DNA from: Vulcanimicrobiota bacterium
GTDB lineage: Bacteria; Vulcanimicrobiota; Vulcanimicrobiia; Vulcanimicrobiales; Vulcanimicrobiaceae
DNA length: 64,000 bases
Assembly (NCBI GenBank): GCA_963723515.1
Contig: CAVRQT010000003.1
Span: 320,001-384,000, forward strand
Direction of reading: 5' to 3'
Below, in pieces: positions 40,914 to 53,377 of the stretch. Every line of letters begins with the position of its first letter. Positions within the stretch are counted from its first letter, which is position 1. The notes under the pieces were generated by a model. It did no database searches. It had not been told where the DNA came from and saw only the letters and a list, made by a program, of their open reading frames with translations. A program made the translations under genes and the position numbers.

Positions 40914-41658
40914 ATGGCAGTCGCGGACGCGGTTTGGCTTCACGACGTGACGGTGGCCTATGACGGCGCCATCGGCATCGAGCGCGTCAGCCTCGTCTTG
41001 CATCCCGGTGAAGTGCTCGGCGTTATCGGACCGAATGGTTCGGGAAAATCGACGCTGCTTAAAACGATCGCCGGACTTGCTTCGGCCCGCACAGGGCACG
41101 GTTGAAGTGTTCGGTCGAGATCCGCATCATCTGAGTCCGGGAAGCATCGCCTACGTGCCGCAGGTTGAAACTGTGGACTGGAATTTTCCGGCTACCGTTT
41201 GGGACGTTGTTGCGATGTCTCGGTTTCCGCGCCTTTCGCCGCTGCAGCGGTTTTCCGTCGCCGATCGCACGTCCGTCAACGATGCACTGCGTGCCGTCGA
41301 CTTAGAAGCGCTTCGTGATCGTCATATCTCGGCGCTGAGCGGCGGACAGCAACAGCGCACGTTTTTGGCGCGCGCGCTGGCGCAAGAGCCGAAATTGTTC
41401 CTTTTGGATGAGCCCGCTACAGGCGTTGACGCCTCGACCGCCGAGATGCTGCGCATCGTCGTGCGCGATCTCGCCGGCAAAGGCATGCCGGTGCTGATTG
41501 CAACGCACGACCTCGAAAGTGCAGAGGCCTGGTTCGATTACCTGTTGCTCGTGGATAAGACGGTCGTCGCGTATGGGCGACCAAACGAAGTGCTCTGCTC
41601 CCCGGAATTCGAGCGGTTGCTCAGAGCGCACCATCACGCCGTTCGAGAGACGATCTAA
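40914..41658 (+). CDS. Zn/Mn ABC ATP-binding protein (frameshift near 41080)
   Basis: GPNGSGKSTL, YVPQ, LSGGQQQR, LDEP, THD. Confidence 0.9.
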
Positions 41659-42503
41659 TGGAGTGGCTGACGGCTCCCTTTCAGCTCGATTTCATGATCC
41701 GCGGCTTTATCGTCGCGATTCTCGTCGGCACGCTCTGCTCGTTGATCGGCGCTTTCGTCGTTTTGCGACGGCTGGCGTTCATCGGCGACGGCATCGCTCA
41801 CGCGTCGTTCGCCGGAATCGTCATTGCGTATCTCCGAGGCGCGAACTTCTATCTAGGCGCCGCCGTTGTTGCCGTTCTCACCGCGCTGGGCATCGGTTTC
41901 GTCCATCGTAAAGCGAACATTTCGCTCGACACCAGCATCGGCGTGCTGTTCACCGGCGCCTTCGCGCTCGGAATTTTTTTGATGAGCCGCCAGCGCACGT
42001 ACACCGTCGATCTCCAGGACTACCTCTTTGGAAATATCCTCGGCGTCTCGCATCAAGATCTGGTTCTGATCGTGCTGCTCTGCGCGCTAGTCGCGCTCAC
42101 GTTAACCTTTTTCTTTCGCGCGCTCGTGTACACATCGTTCGATCCCGTCGTGGCTGAGGCGAGCGGAATCCCGGCCGGCGGGCTCGATTATCTGCTGCTC
42201 GTTTTGCTTGCGTTAACGATTGTCGTGACCTTAGAGGCCGTCGGTATCATCCTGGTCGCGGCGCTGCTTGTAACGCCGGCTGCCGCCGCCTACCAACTGA
42301 CGCGCCGTTTTTCCGTCATGATTGCTCTCTCAGCGGTGCTGGGCGCGTTTTGCTCGGTCAGCGGCCTTTATCTTTCCTATTATTTGAACGCGGCAAGCGG
42401 GGCAACGATCGTCTTGATGGCGACGATCGTTTTCTTTGCGGCGATTGCGATTAAGCGGTTGTGGCTGGGCGGCTCCGCTCAGGCGCGGTCCAACCGCCCG
42501 TGA
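41658..42503 (+). CDS. Zn/Mn ABC permease
   Basis: GDGIAHA, YLFGNIL, SFDP...G, PAAAA. Confidence 0.93.
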   Translation: MEWLTAPFQLDFMIRGFIVAILVGTLCSLIGAFVVLRRLAFIGDGIAHASFAGIVIAYLRGANFYLGAAVVAVLTALGIGFVHRKANISLDTSIGVLFTGAFALGIFLMSRQRTYTVDLQDYLFGNILGVSHQDLVLIVLLCALVALTLTFFFRALVYTSFDPVVAEASGIPAGGLDYLLLVLLALTIVVTLEAVGIILVAALLVTPAAAAYQLTRRFSVMIALSAVLGAFCSVSGLYLSYYLNAASGATIVLMATIVFFAAIAIKRLWLGGSAQARSNRP

Positions 42504-42829
42504 TTGTCGCAGTGGTCGCTGTGTCGATTATGTAGATGCCCTGCGACGACGTAGTCGACGTGATCGGCATGCGGCACCGGTTCGTGACCGCACCGCGCGT
42601 CATGCTCGTGCGACTTCTCGTGCGCATTGCAAGCATGGCCTGAAGCGCAATCCGCCGGATTCGAGCGCGACGCCGAGAGCTCGTGCTCGTCAACGTGTCC
42701 TTCATGCACGTGATGCAGATGGCCGTCATGCAGATAGTCGAGATGGCTCTCGTGTTGTACGGCGGTATGTCCACATTGCCCGGTGTGTTCGTGCTCGTGG
42801 CGGTCATGCGTTGCGTGCCGATCGCGCAT
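42479..42829 (-). CDS. Small His/Cys-rich putative metal-binding protein
   Basis: Internal duplication CGHTAVQHESHLDYLHDGHLH / CGHEPVPHADHVDYVVAGHLH. Confidence 0.8.
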   Translation of the reverse strand: MRDRHATHDRHEHEHTGQCGHTAVQHESHLDYLHDGHLHHVHEGHVDEHELSASRSNPADCASGHACNAHEKSHEHDARCGHEPVPHADHVDYVVAGHLHNRHSDHCDNHGRLDRA

Positions 42830-42891
42830 TGCATTAGAATTCCGCGGCCCGGCACGCTCCCCTTGAGCGTTCCGCAGCGCCGCATTTACTT

Positions 42892-44865
42892 TCAGTGGGC
42901 GTGGCCGGCGTGGTTCGCAGCTGCCACCGGGATGCTGGCAACGCGAACGGCATCGGCGAGAAGTGTGGCGGCATCGGCGACGCCATGTGTTCCGCTTGAG
43001 GTCCAGCGCGCGCGGACGTTCGCGCCTCGGTCGAGCATCAACTCCGTCTCTTCGCCATCCGTGCGCGATCGAAACAGGCCCAGCGCCGCCCGAACATCGT
43101 CCGCAACCTCAACGGTCAAAGGGGCCTTGGCTGTTGATCGGTCGAGCGCGACAGCAACGACGTGCAAGCCCGCCGCAGCGAGTCGCGGTTCCAATCTCGC
43201 CAATTGCTCGAGTCGGGCACGCGGTGCGTTCGCCGGGAACAATACGAGGAGAACCGGTCCGTTTTTGAGCGTCTGAGTCAACGTGTTCTGTCCGCCGTTT
43301 CGTTCGAAGGCGAAATCCGGAAGCGGCGGTGCGGCCGTCGTGCTAATTTGCGCGCCTACGTTTGTCCGTAAGGACGCCGGCCGCGCGTGCCAGCAGAAAA
43401 TTGATCAGATCCCAGCGCTGATCGGGATTGAGCTTGTCGGCGAAGCCCGGCATAACCCCATTGTCACGCCCATGGCTCACCCACCAGAAAATTTCTCCGA
43501 CCTTGTGCGCGAACAAGTGCGACTCGGTCAAATCAGCCGGACGAATCGGAAGTTTGCCGGCAAGTGGGCCGTCGCCGCGACCGTTCGCTCCGTGGCACAC
43601 GGCGCAATTCTCGGCGTAAAGCGGTGCGCCATGCGCTATGGATGGTGCTGCGTAAGGCCGTGTCGAGGCATAAAAGCTCGTAGGGTATGCGCGAACAATA
43701 CCGGGCTGGAGCGCAACCCAACCAACACTACCGAAGAGTACGATGCAAGCGATGGAAGCGGCCATCTCGCGGTACCGTCTTTTTTCGGCGGTGAGCGCCG
43801 CTGCGGCGAGACAAAGGACGAACGCGACAGCGGCGATGACGAACACCGCCTCTTTGCCCGTTGCAATCTGACCGAAATCCAGCCGGAACGGGAGTGGCCA
43901 GCGTGGTTCAGTGTGCAGCCCCGGCGGCAGCACACCGATGATGCCGACGACGGCGAGAACGAAGACACCGAGGCTCGCCTCAATGGACGCGTTGCGGCCG
44001 AGTTGCCGAACTGCACGCAATCTGGCGGCGGCGTTACTCGCGATGTCCGCAAGTTGCGGTATGAGGCGGCGCTGGTTGACACTCGCGACAGCGATCATCG
44101 TTGCGAACAGCGCCACTTTCACGAGCAAAAGCTGACCGTACGTCGTGCCAGCAGCGCCGGAACGCTGCCGGACAAGAACCACGTATTCACAAGACCCGTC
44201 GCAAGCAACGTTCCTACGCTCAACATGCCGAGGTTGGAGAAGCGCGACGTCGTCACTCGAGCGACCGTCACCGCTTCGGGGCTGCCGTCGCCTCGCGCTT
44301 GAGCGAGCAATAGCACGAGCGGCAGAAGTGCACCAAGCCACGCGCCTGCTGCAAGCAAATGCAAGATGTCGGCGGGTAGATGGATCGCGTCAAACGGCAC
44401 ATCTTCCGCGGCCGCTCCGTGCCCCGCCCATGCCAAAGCAGCGATGAACGCCGCCGCAGCCAGTAATCCGATCCATCCAGTAACATGCTTACGGGTCAAT
44501 CCCTGGATCGCGAGACAAATTGCTAGCAGGATGACGAGCGCGCCCCGCAGTGCCCAATCTTCACCGAAGCGCGTTTGCGTCAACACGATGCCGACGACAG
44601 GGCCGTGTAGGACGGCGCTGAGCGGCATCCCGCTCATATTTGATCCGACGATAACAAGCCAAGCGCCGCCGCTCACAAGTGCGACGAACAGACTCGTCCA
44701 AGCAAGCGCGAAGAGCCGTCGATCCAGCCGGGCTTGAAGGGCTGGCGAGGCATTTGTTCGGTGAAACGCCGGCCACGCGATCAAACACCAGAATACGAAT
44801 GTGCCTTCGAGCGACGCGGTCGACACATAGTGGAGCAGGCGCGTCGCTGTCAGGAGCGGATCGAT
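42892..44865 (-). CDS. copD: CopD + cytochrome c + C-terminal domain fusion (about three frameshifts, start unclear)
   Basis: QTRFG, AWAGH, HLLAAGAWLG, RFS, YGQLLLVK; CAVCHG heme motif; ends HAGHAH. Confidence 0.8.
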
Positions 44866-44868
44866 TCC

Positions 44869-45240
44869 TCAGCCCCTCTTTACTTGAAAGGTAAAGTCGC
44901 CCTCGGTTGTGTGCGTATCAACGGACAGCGCATGCCATTTCACCGTGTAGGTCCCGGCCCGCAACGCTTTCAGCTTGACGGTGAGCTCGGATTTATTCTT
45001 GGGGTCGATGCTGGCAGGCCCGTCATTCACCGAAGCTCCCGATCGATCGCTGATCGTCACCCAGCTAAAAGCCGGCTCGAGCTCTTGTGTGAACCACAAG
45101 CGTATTACTGTAGGCGGCGCCGGTACCGTGCTGCCGACAGCCGGATCCGCGTGGTCGAGGAATGCGTGCGCCCGAACCGCTGCGGGCGCGATAAATAGTT
45201 CGGCGAGCACGAATGCCGCCGCGATTAGACGCGTAGTCAT
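44869..45240 (-). CDS. copC: Copper-binding protein CopC
   Basis: Signal then HAFLDHADP; WHALSVDTHTTEG. Confidence 0.93.
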   Translation of the reverse strand: MTTRLIAAAFVLAELFIAPAAVRAHAFLDHADPAVGSTVPAPPTVIRLWFTQELEPAFSWVTISDRSGASVNDGPASIDPKNKSELTVKLKALRAGTYTVKWHALSVDTHTTEGDFTFQVKRG

Positions 45241-46149
45241 GATTTCCAAAGATTCCTGTGAATGAGAGGTTTCCCAAACCAGCTTTTATAGAAAGCGTCG
45301 AGAAACAAGTGAAACTGAATGATGAAGCCGGTGCCCTGCCCTTGGCGCGTGGCCTTGTTCGCTGGGATGAGTGCCTCGGCGCCCAACTGCCAAGTATTGG
45401 CGTCGTAGAATAAGCCGGGCGCGATTGTTCCCGTTGGTGAACCGCCGTCGGGGGTGCTCATTGCAATCTCGACGAGCGGCGTCATGCGTCTCAGCAACTG
45501 CGAGATGTGCAGTGCCTTTACGTTCTGCTGCAGGTAGGGAATCGAATATTGCAACGAGACCGCGTAGTTCCACGCATTCGGGCTCACACTCGGTGCATCG
45601 GAAAACACGCGGCTCACTTCGCCGGTGATCGCAATAGGGCGCAGGTAACCGGCCGGACACGTCGCCCAGGCCTTTGCCGAAGTAGAACGTTGGCGCGGTG
45701 TTGCCGACACTGTCGATTACGCCGCCGTTGCGCAGTTGGACCGAGCCGGTTCCCGGTATCAGCCGGACCACCCCGACCGACCAGGCCAGTTCCTCATGCG
45801 CGTGGCGTTGGATGCAAGGATGTTGATCCTTGAGCGTCACCGTGATGTTGTCCCATCCGCTTAAGTTCTGCGCTGGGCCATGTTGCGTGAGATAGCCACC
45901 ATTGACGGCGAAGCCGAGATCTTCGGTGATGGTCTTATCCCATTCGTATCCGTAGCTATTGCTTTCACCGTCTGGCGTCGGCGTGAACGTGATGGTCGGC
46001 AGTGACATCTCGTCGCTCACTCCAGGATCGTCCATGGTCAGCGTGGTGGGAAACACGCGGTCTCCGCAGACGACGTGCGCCTGAGCGACCGAATGCAGCA
46101 TAAAGAGCCATAAGAACGCGGCCGCAAGGGCCGCAGCAAAAAACCGCAT
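45237..46149 (-). CDS. Secreted or outer-membrane beta-rich protein upstream of copC (frameshift near 45650)
   Basis: AAGGA RBS; signal ending AQA then N-terminal His; alternating beta-strand pattern across two ORFs. Confidence 0.7.
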
Positions 46150-46193
46150 GTTGCTTCCTTAACGAAAAAGTGTGTTGGAAAGATTTGAGCGCG

Positions 46194-46736
46194 TTAAGAG
46201 AAGCGGGGCGGCGGCCGGCTGTACCGGCTAAGCGCGAGTTGCGGACGCTTGAGAATCGGCGCAATCGAGGCAAAGGAATCGAACCCATCGCGCGGTGTGG
46301 CTGCAAATGGAACCGTCAAGAGGCGCAGAGCGACGGCGGCTAACAAGCGCAACGCGCCGCCCAATGCAAGTCGCAGCAGCAAAGCGACGCAGACGACCGC
46401 AAATGTGGCGATCGCGAGCGGGATCGCGTGCGGCTCTTCGGCACGTTCGATCAGAATGAACCAGCCGGTCGCAACGACGGCCAAGCTAAGCGCCGAGGGC
46501 AGCAGCCCCTCCAGACGAGCAGCAACGATAGACCCTTCCCGGGTTCCCAAAGCAAAGAAAACGGCCGCCGCGCACAATGCCAGGATGCTGGCACAGAGCA
46601 CGACTACGATGGAGTCCATGAGGAGCACGTGGGAAGCGCCGCCAACGGTGTGGCCACCCCCAAAGGTGAGAAAATGCGCCGCCACAGCGGCCGGGAGACC
46701 GAGGACAAGGGCGGCGAGAAACTTCCGGACGGGCAC
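46194..46736 (-). CDS. Hypothetical membrane protein ending in RPPP
   Basis: Four hydrophobic segments, His in loops, C-terminal SRPPPRFS. Confidence 0.6.
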   Translation of the reverse strand: MPVRKFLAALVLGLPAAVAAHFLTFGGGHTVGGASHVLLMDSIVVVLCASILALCAAAVFFALGTREGSIVAARLEGLLPSALSLAVVATGWFILIERAEEPHAIPLAIATFAVVCVALLLRLALGGALRLLAAVALRLLTVPFAATPRDGFDSFASIAPILKRPQLALSRYSRPPPRFS

Positions 46737-46842
46737 GCCGGTTAGATTCTTTGACCCTACAAGGTGTCCCGTTGAGTGGGCGTCCAATCTAAGGCGCCCA
46801 CCCATCGCCAGGCCATTCCTGGGGAAGAGAAAGCTCTGATTT

Positions 46843-47397
46843 GTGATGACTACCCGTTCGCCTCACGAGAACGCTGACACCGTCAGTCTGGTTTGCGCGC
46901 TGTTGGTGCGCTTCCCGGAGATTGCATCGGTGCGCTGCCTGCCGAACGATGGGACGGTCCGTTTCACATTTGTGGTTTCGCATCGCCTCGACCGCGATGC
47001 TCAGGAGACGGTGCGGGCCGCCGTTGACGAGCATGTCGATGGCTTTCTGCTCCTTAGCGATGATGCCGCGGGCATCGTGCGCGTCGAGTCCGAGGCGGCT
47101 CGTGGTGTTACGTTCATCCACGTCACGCGCGATCTCGATAGCTTCAGCAAAGACGAGCTCGAGATGCTCGTTACGATCTTTGCGGACCGCTTTGGGAACG
47201 CGCTCGTACGCAACCCCGTGACGGACGAACATGGTGATGAAGATCCCGTAGCTCAGGAAGAGCTTGTCAGCTATGCGATCGACTCGCTGCGCGATCCGAA
47301 GCAGTCGAAGAGTCTCGTTGGCTTTCGCGAAGAGAAGCGCGTGCTCGTCTATTTCTTGAAATCTAAGAGGAAGGCGAAGGCTTCGAGCCGCTCATAA
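46843..47397 (+). CDS. Conserved hypothetical protein upstream of ymdB
   Basis: Coherent 184-aa ORF heading the operon; LLVRFPEI, LVGFREE. Confidence 0.7.
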   Translation: MMTTRSPHENADTVSLVCALLVRFPEIASVRCLPNDGTVRFTFVVSHRLDRDAQETVRAAVDEHVDGFLLLSDDAAGIVRVESEAARGVTFIHVTRDLDSFSKDELEMLVTIFADRFGNALVRNPVTDEHGDEDPVAQEELVSYAIDSLRDPKQSKSLVGFREEKRVLVYFLKSKRKAKASSRS

Positions 47398-47408
47398 GCG
47401 ACAGCGCA

Positions 47409-48212
47409 ATGCCCGCGACAAAGCCGGTCCGCATTTTGCTGATCGGCGACGTCGTCGGCTCCCCCGGTAGAGAAGTCGTCAAACGCTGTGTTCCCATCTT
47501 GCGGGATCAGTTTTCTATTGATGCCTGCATTGCGAACGGCGAGAACGTCGCCGGCGGATTCGGCCTGACGGTCCAGACGGCGGAAGAGCTCTTTGAAAAC
47601 GGGGTCGATTTCCTCACCAGCGGCAATCATATCTTTGACAAGCGCGAGTTTCGGCCGTACTTGGACGCATCGGACCGGATTTTGCGTCCCGCGAACTATC
47701 CCCCAACGGCGCCTGGACGGGGTAGCGGCGTGTTGAGCGTCAACGGCGTGCAGATCGGCGTCCTCAATCTCATGGGCCGCACGTTCATGCCGCCGATTGA
47801 CGATCCGTTTCGCTTCGCGAAGGAGCTGGCGCAGGAGCTTCGGCGTCACACCGCCGTGGTCGTGGTCGATATGCATGCTGAGGCGACCTCAGAGAAGATA
47901 GCAATGGCGCGCTTCCTAGATGGAGACGTATCGGCCGTGTACGGCACGCATACGCACGTGCAGACAGCGGACGAGCAGATCCTTTCCGGTGGCACGGCTT
48001 ACATCACGGACCTCGGCATGACGGGGCCGATGCAAGGCGTGATCGGCATGGATCAATCGGCGGTGCTCGAGCGCTTTCTCACGGGATTCTCGGAACGTTT
48101 CAGCGTGCAGAAGAACGGCGCCAAACAATTCTGTGCAGCGGTTGTCACTGTCGACTCACAGTCAGGTCGCGCGCTCGAGATCAAACGAATTTTCCAGCGA
48201 GGACTACCATGA
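47409..48212 (+). CDS. ymdB: YmdB (TIGR00282) metallophosphoesterase
   Basis: IGDVVG, NGEN, SGNH, RPANYP, HAEATSEK, GTHTHV. Confidence 0.95.
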   Translation: MPATKPVRILLIGDVVGSPGREVVKRCVPILRDQFSIDACIANGENVAGGFGLTVQTAEELFENGVDFLTSGNHIFDKREFRPYLDASDRILRPANYPPTAPGRGSGVLSVNGVQIGVLNLMGRTFMPPIDDPFRFAKELAQELRRHTAVVVVDMHAEATSEKIAMARFLDGDVSAVYGTHTHVQTADEQILSGGTAYITDLGMTGPMQGVIGMDQSAVLERFLTGFSERFSVQKNGAKQFCAAVVTVDSQSGRALEIKRIFQRGLP

Positions 48213-48565
48213 TGAGCGAAACAGCGGCGATTGCCCAACCAACTGCTCCCACTATAGCGGTCGAGCCCGAAAAGCTGCCCGAAAAACGGCCGGGTGTTCC
48301 CAGCGTGCTCAAGGTGTCCGCGAAGAGCAGCCCCAACGCCGTTGCCGGCGCCTTGGCAGCGGTGCTGCGCGAGCGGGAGGCGGCGGAGATGCAAGCGGTC
48401 GGAGCGGGCGCAATCAACCAAGCGATAAAGGCGGTCGCCATTGCGCGTTCGTACTTGAAACCCGGCAATATGGATCTGCAGTGCGCGCCGGCATTCATCG
48501 ACGTCGAAATCGCCGGGAAAGCGAGAACGGGTATTTCGCTGGCGATCATGCGCCGCATCGTTTGA
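48209..48565 (+). CDS. spoVS: SpoVS-family protein
   Basis: VLKVSAKSSPNAVAGALA, AVGAGAINQAIKAVAIAR. Confidence 0.93.
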   Translation: MMSETAAIAQPTAPTIAVEPEKLPEKRPGVPSVLKVSAKSSPNAVAGALAAVLREREAAEMQAVGAGAINQAIKAVAIARSYLKPGNMDLQCAPAFIDVEIAGKARTGISLAIMRRIV

Positions 48566-49377
48566 TCGTCGACTTCCATTCGCATACGCGCGAGAGCGAC
48601 GGAACGCTCTCGCCCGCAGAACTCTGCGGCGCCATGCAAAAGCGTGGCGTCGCAGTCTTTTCAATCACCGACCACGACACGCTGGCTGCCTACGATCAAT
48701 TGGTCGTTCCCGACGGCATGCGAGTTATAGTCGGCATCGAGGTCAATACGAGCTATCGCGGCAACGAAGTGCACGTCTTGGGTTTTGGTATGCGCCGCGA
48801 CGACGAGCGCTTTAACCGAATGCTGGAAAATAATGTGCTTGCCAGGCGTGAACGGATCGAGCGGATCGTCGAGCAGTTAGGGGCTGCCGGCTACCCCATC
48901 ACATTCGAGCAGGTTCTGGCGGAAGCGGGTCCCGCGCGGCCGTTAGGCCGGCCGCACGTCGGCAAAGCGCTGATCCGCCAAGGACACATTACTGACATCG
49001 AAAGCGCGTTTCGGATACTGCTGCGCTATGGAAAACCGGGATACGTCCCCTCAACGCATATCACACCGCAGCAGGCAATCGACGAAATCACGAACGCCGG
49101 CGGCATCGCCGTTCTCGCTCACCCGGGACGCCTGCACGACTATGCGATCATCGACGAACTGTCGGAAGTTGGATTGCGCGGGCTCGAGGTGTTTTATCCG
49201 ACGCACGGTGCCTCGCAAACGGCGCATTTTCGTGAAACGGCCCAACGTCTGGGTTTGCTGATGACCGGTGGTTCAGACTTTCACGATGCACGGTACCACA
49301 CGCGCGGCGTCGGCATCGAAGTGAACGCTGATGACATTCAACCGTTCTTGGATGCGGTGGCGACGGTATCACGCTGA
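48562..49377 (+). CDS. PHP-domain phosphoesterase
   Basis: DFHSHTRESDG, ITDHD, GRPH, LAHP, GGSDFH. Confidence 0.93.
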   Translation: MIVDFHSHTRESDGTLSPAELCGAMQKRGVAVFSITDHDTLAAYDQLVVPDGMRVIVGIEVNTSYRGNEVHVLGFGMRRDDERFNRMLENNVLARRERIERIVEQLGAAGYPITFEQVLAEAGPARPLGRPHVGKALIRQGHITDIESAFRILLRYGKPGYVPSTHITPQQAIDEITNAGGIAVLAHPGRLHDYAIIDELSEVGLRGLEVFYPTHGASQTAHFRETAQRLGLLMTGGSDFHDARYHTRGVGIEVNADDIQPFLDAVATVSR

Positions 49378-49742
49378 GCTTAGTGGCGCGGTAATGTTGA
49401 CCGGCGCGACGGTCCCGGTGTCTCATTGAGCTGCTTCCCTGTCACTCCGACTTGTTCCTGTAACGCTGAGCTGTCTCCCTGTCATCCTGAGCTTGTCGAA
49501 GGACCGCGGTAATGTCGACCCGCGCTACCGTCCCGGTGTCACATTGAGCTTGTCGAAATGTGACTTATCTCTTGTGGTGCGTCCACGGGCGCGGCATGGC
49601 ACTCAGAACGGCTCATTTGCCACGATTACGGTTGCGCTTCGACAAGCTCAGCGTGACAGGCCGACAAGCTCAGGTGACAGGGAAACAAGGCTCAGCGTTA
49701 CAGGCAACAGTTCAGCGTGACAGGCGAAACAAGCTCAGCTCC
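49368..49742. repeat. REP-like cluster (forward copies, then reverse copies; partly garbled)
   Basis: gtcatcctgagcttgtcgaagga, gtcacattgagcttgtcgaaatg, cgcttcgacaagctcagcgtgacag and fragments. Confidence 0.85.
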
Positions 49743-49748
49743 TAGATG

Positions 49749-50363
49749 TCACTCTGCGCTAGCCAGGCGCAGCCGGATCTTCTGAATCAACAGCGCGCCG
49801 CGCGTCTCAAGATCTTTCAACTCCATGGTTTGCTGCGCAATTGTGCCGGAGTCGTTCATGTACTTATGGTTGATACGCACGTTATAGGCGCATGCCGCAA
49901 GCGCTGCGCCGGCAAATTCCGCCGCACAGCCGAGATCGCTGCGTAACCCCGCACCGCTCACTTCCAGCCCGCGGTCGACCATTTCCAAGAGCGTGATTGT
50001 GTCGGCGGCGGCGTTGAGCGGAACTTCCGCCGCGCGTCTCAGCGCATTTTGCAACGCACTACTGCGCGTCGCGCGCTCACGATCAGTTCCTTTCGACAAC
50101 TTCTGCGCGCTCACGACGGATTGAAAGGCCGTTTCGTCGAGCGATCTCGCAGTCACAAACGTTTCCCGCAGCGCATCTGCATCTGATGCGATGCGCTCGG
50201 CGGTGCACTTTTGTTCCTCTGATTTTGCGTTGTCTGCGGTGATGCGGCACACCATTGCAAGTAGCGCCGCGCCGGCGCTTGCTACAAACATCGCAGCGCT
50301 ACCGCCGCCCGGTACAGGACTCGATGATGCAAGCTTGGACAAATATTCGTCCAACGTTTCCAT
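49749..50363 (-). CDS. Formiminotransferase-cyclodeaminase C-terminal (FTCD_C) family protein
   Basis: LASSSPVPGGGSAA, AAEVPL, SDLG, NVRIN. Confidence 0.9.
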   Translation of the reverse strand: METLDEYLSKLASSSPVPGGGSAAMFVASAGAALLAMVCRITADNAKSEEQKCTAERIASDADALRETFVTARSLDETAFQSVVSAQKLSKGTDRERATRSSALQNALRRAAEVPLNAAADTITLLEMVDRGLEVSGAGLRSDLGCAAEFAGAALAACAYNVRINHKYMNDSGTIAQQTMELKDLETRGALLIQKIRLRLASAE

Positions 50364-50443
50364 GGTAACGACTGTTGTCTGACGGGACCCTCAGGCCTTG
50401 CGAAGAAGAAGGTTCGCGTCGCAAAATTCCTGTTGTTATTTAG

Positions 50444-51742
<1,299 letters not shown>

Positions 51743-51746
51743 GACG

Positions 51747-52973
51747 ATGCCCTACCGCCGGTTATTCACGAGCGAATCGGTAACCGAAGGCCATCCGGAT
51801 AAGATTGCCGACCAGATTTCGGACGCCGTGCTCGACGCGATTTTGCGCGACGATCCCATGGGCCGCGTTGCCGTGGAGACCTTTGCGATTACGGGGCAGA
51901 TTCACATCGCCGGCGAGATCACGACGAAGACCTACATCGACATTCCAAAGATCGTTCGTGAAACGATTGCGGACATCGGTTACACAAAGTCATCGGTTGG
52001 ATTCGATGCTGAGACATGCGGCGTCAGCGTTTCGATCGACGAGCAATCACCGGACATTGCGATGGGCGTTGACAAGTCGCTTGAGGTAAAGAGCGGAGCG
52101 ACAGATGAATTCGAGTTGATCGGCGCCGGCGACCAAGGAATGATGTTCGGCTACGCGTGCCGTGAAACGGACGAGTTGATGCCGCTGCCGATCACGCTCG
52201 CTCACAACTTGACTCGGCATCTATCGGCGATGCGCAAGAACGGTGATATTCCGTATCTGCGGCCCGATGGCAAATCGCAAGTGACGATTGAGTATGATGG
52301 ACAGCGCCCAGTCCGTGTTGACTCGGTCGTCGTCTCAACGCAACACGATCCCGATATTCCGTTGGACGTCATCCGCAACGAAGTGACCGAGAAAGTGATC
52401 AATCATGTGATCCCGGGGTCGCTACGCGACAAAGAGACGCGCATCTATGTCAATCCAACGGGTCGCTTTGTGATCGGCGGACCGAAAGGCGATGCGGGTT
52501 TGACAGGACGCAAGATCATCGCCGACACCTACGGCGGCATGGCGCGTCACGGCGGCGGCGCCTTCTCCGGAAAAGATCCCACCAAAGTCGATCGCTCCGG
52601 CGCCTACGCCGCGCGGCATGTTGCAAAGAATATCGTCGGCGCGGGCTTAGCGGATCGCTGCGAAGTGCAAGTCGCGTACGCGATCGGCGTCGCGCACCCA
52701 ATGAGTGTTTTGGTTGAAACCTTCGGAACCGGGTTACTCGACGATGCGAAGATCGCGCAGCTCGTTGAGAAGCATTTTGATCTACGCCCGGCGGCGATCA
52801 TCCATCGCCTTGATCTGCGACGTCCGATTTACAAACAAGTCGCCGCATACGGCCACTTCGGACGCCCGGAGCTTGACCTGTCGTGGGAGCGCTTAGAGAA
52901 AGTTGAAGCGCTTCGTGTAGATTCGGGACTCAAAGCGGAGCCGCAATTCCGCGTCGCCACGCTAACGGGCTAA
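51747..52973 (+). CDS. metK: S-adenosylmethionine synthetase
   Basis: [28 protein letters not shown]. Confidence 0.98.
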   Translation: MPYRRLFTSESVTEGHPDKIADQISDAVLDAILRDDPMGRVAVETFAITGQIHIAGEITTKTYIDIPKIVRETIADIGYTKSSVGFDAETCGVSVSIDEQSPDIAMGVDKSLEVKSGATDEFELIGAGDQGMMFGYACRETDELMPLPITLAHNLTRHLSAMRKNGDIPYLRPDGKSQVTIEYDGQRPVRVDSVVVSTQHDPDIPLDVIRNEVTEKVINHVIPGSLRDKETRIYVNPTGRFVIGGPKGDAGLTGRKIIADTYGGMARHGGGAFSGKDPTKVDRSGAYAARHVAKNIVGAGLADRCEVQVAYAIGVAHPMSVLVETFGTGLLDDAKIAQLVEKHFDLRPAAIIHRLDLRRPIYKQVAAYGHFGRPELDLSWERLEKVEALRVDSGLKAEPQFRVATLTG

Positions 52974-52982
52974 GGAGGATCG

Positions 52983-53372
52983 GTGAAGATCAAGCTGACC
53001 AGCGTGTTTGTTGACGATCAGGAAAACGCTCTGCGTTTCTACACCGAAGTACTGGGCTTTAATAAGAAGGCGGATTTCAGTCAAGGGCCGTTCCGCTGGC
53101 TTACCGTGGTCTCGACCGAAGAGCCGGAGGGCACGGAACTACAGCTCGCGCTCAACGACAACCCTGCGGCTAAAGCCTACCAGCAGGCCATGTTTGCACA
53201 GGGCCAACCCGCCGTCATGTTCTTTACCGATGACATCAAGGCCGACTACGAGCGCATCAAAGCGCGCGGTGCCGAGTTCACCATGCCGCCAACCGATGTG
53301 ACTGCGTCGACGATCGCCAAGCTGAACGACACCTGTGGCAACCTAATTCAGATCACGCAATTGAAATGGTAG
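52983..53372 (+). CDS. VOC/glyoxalase-family protein
   Basis: FYTEVLGF, RWLTV, DTCGNLIQ; TAAGGAGG RBS. Confidence 0.9.
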   Translation: MKIKLTSVFVDDQENALRFYTEVLGFNKKADFSQGPFRWLTVVSTEEPEGTELQLALNDNPAAKAYQQAMFAQGQPAVMFFTDDIKADYERIKARGAEFTMPPTDVTASTIAKLNDTCGNLIQITQLKW

Positions 53373-53377
53373 CTATT

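Noticed and set aside
43283..44302. 339-aa plus-strand ORF
   Set aside because: Antisense shadow of the copD-cytochrome c gene; long shadow ORFs are common in GC-rich DNA
48209..48565. spoVS as evidence of sporulation
   Set aside because: SpoVS occurs in many non-sporulating lineages and no other sporulation genes are present
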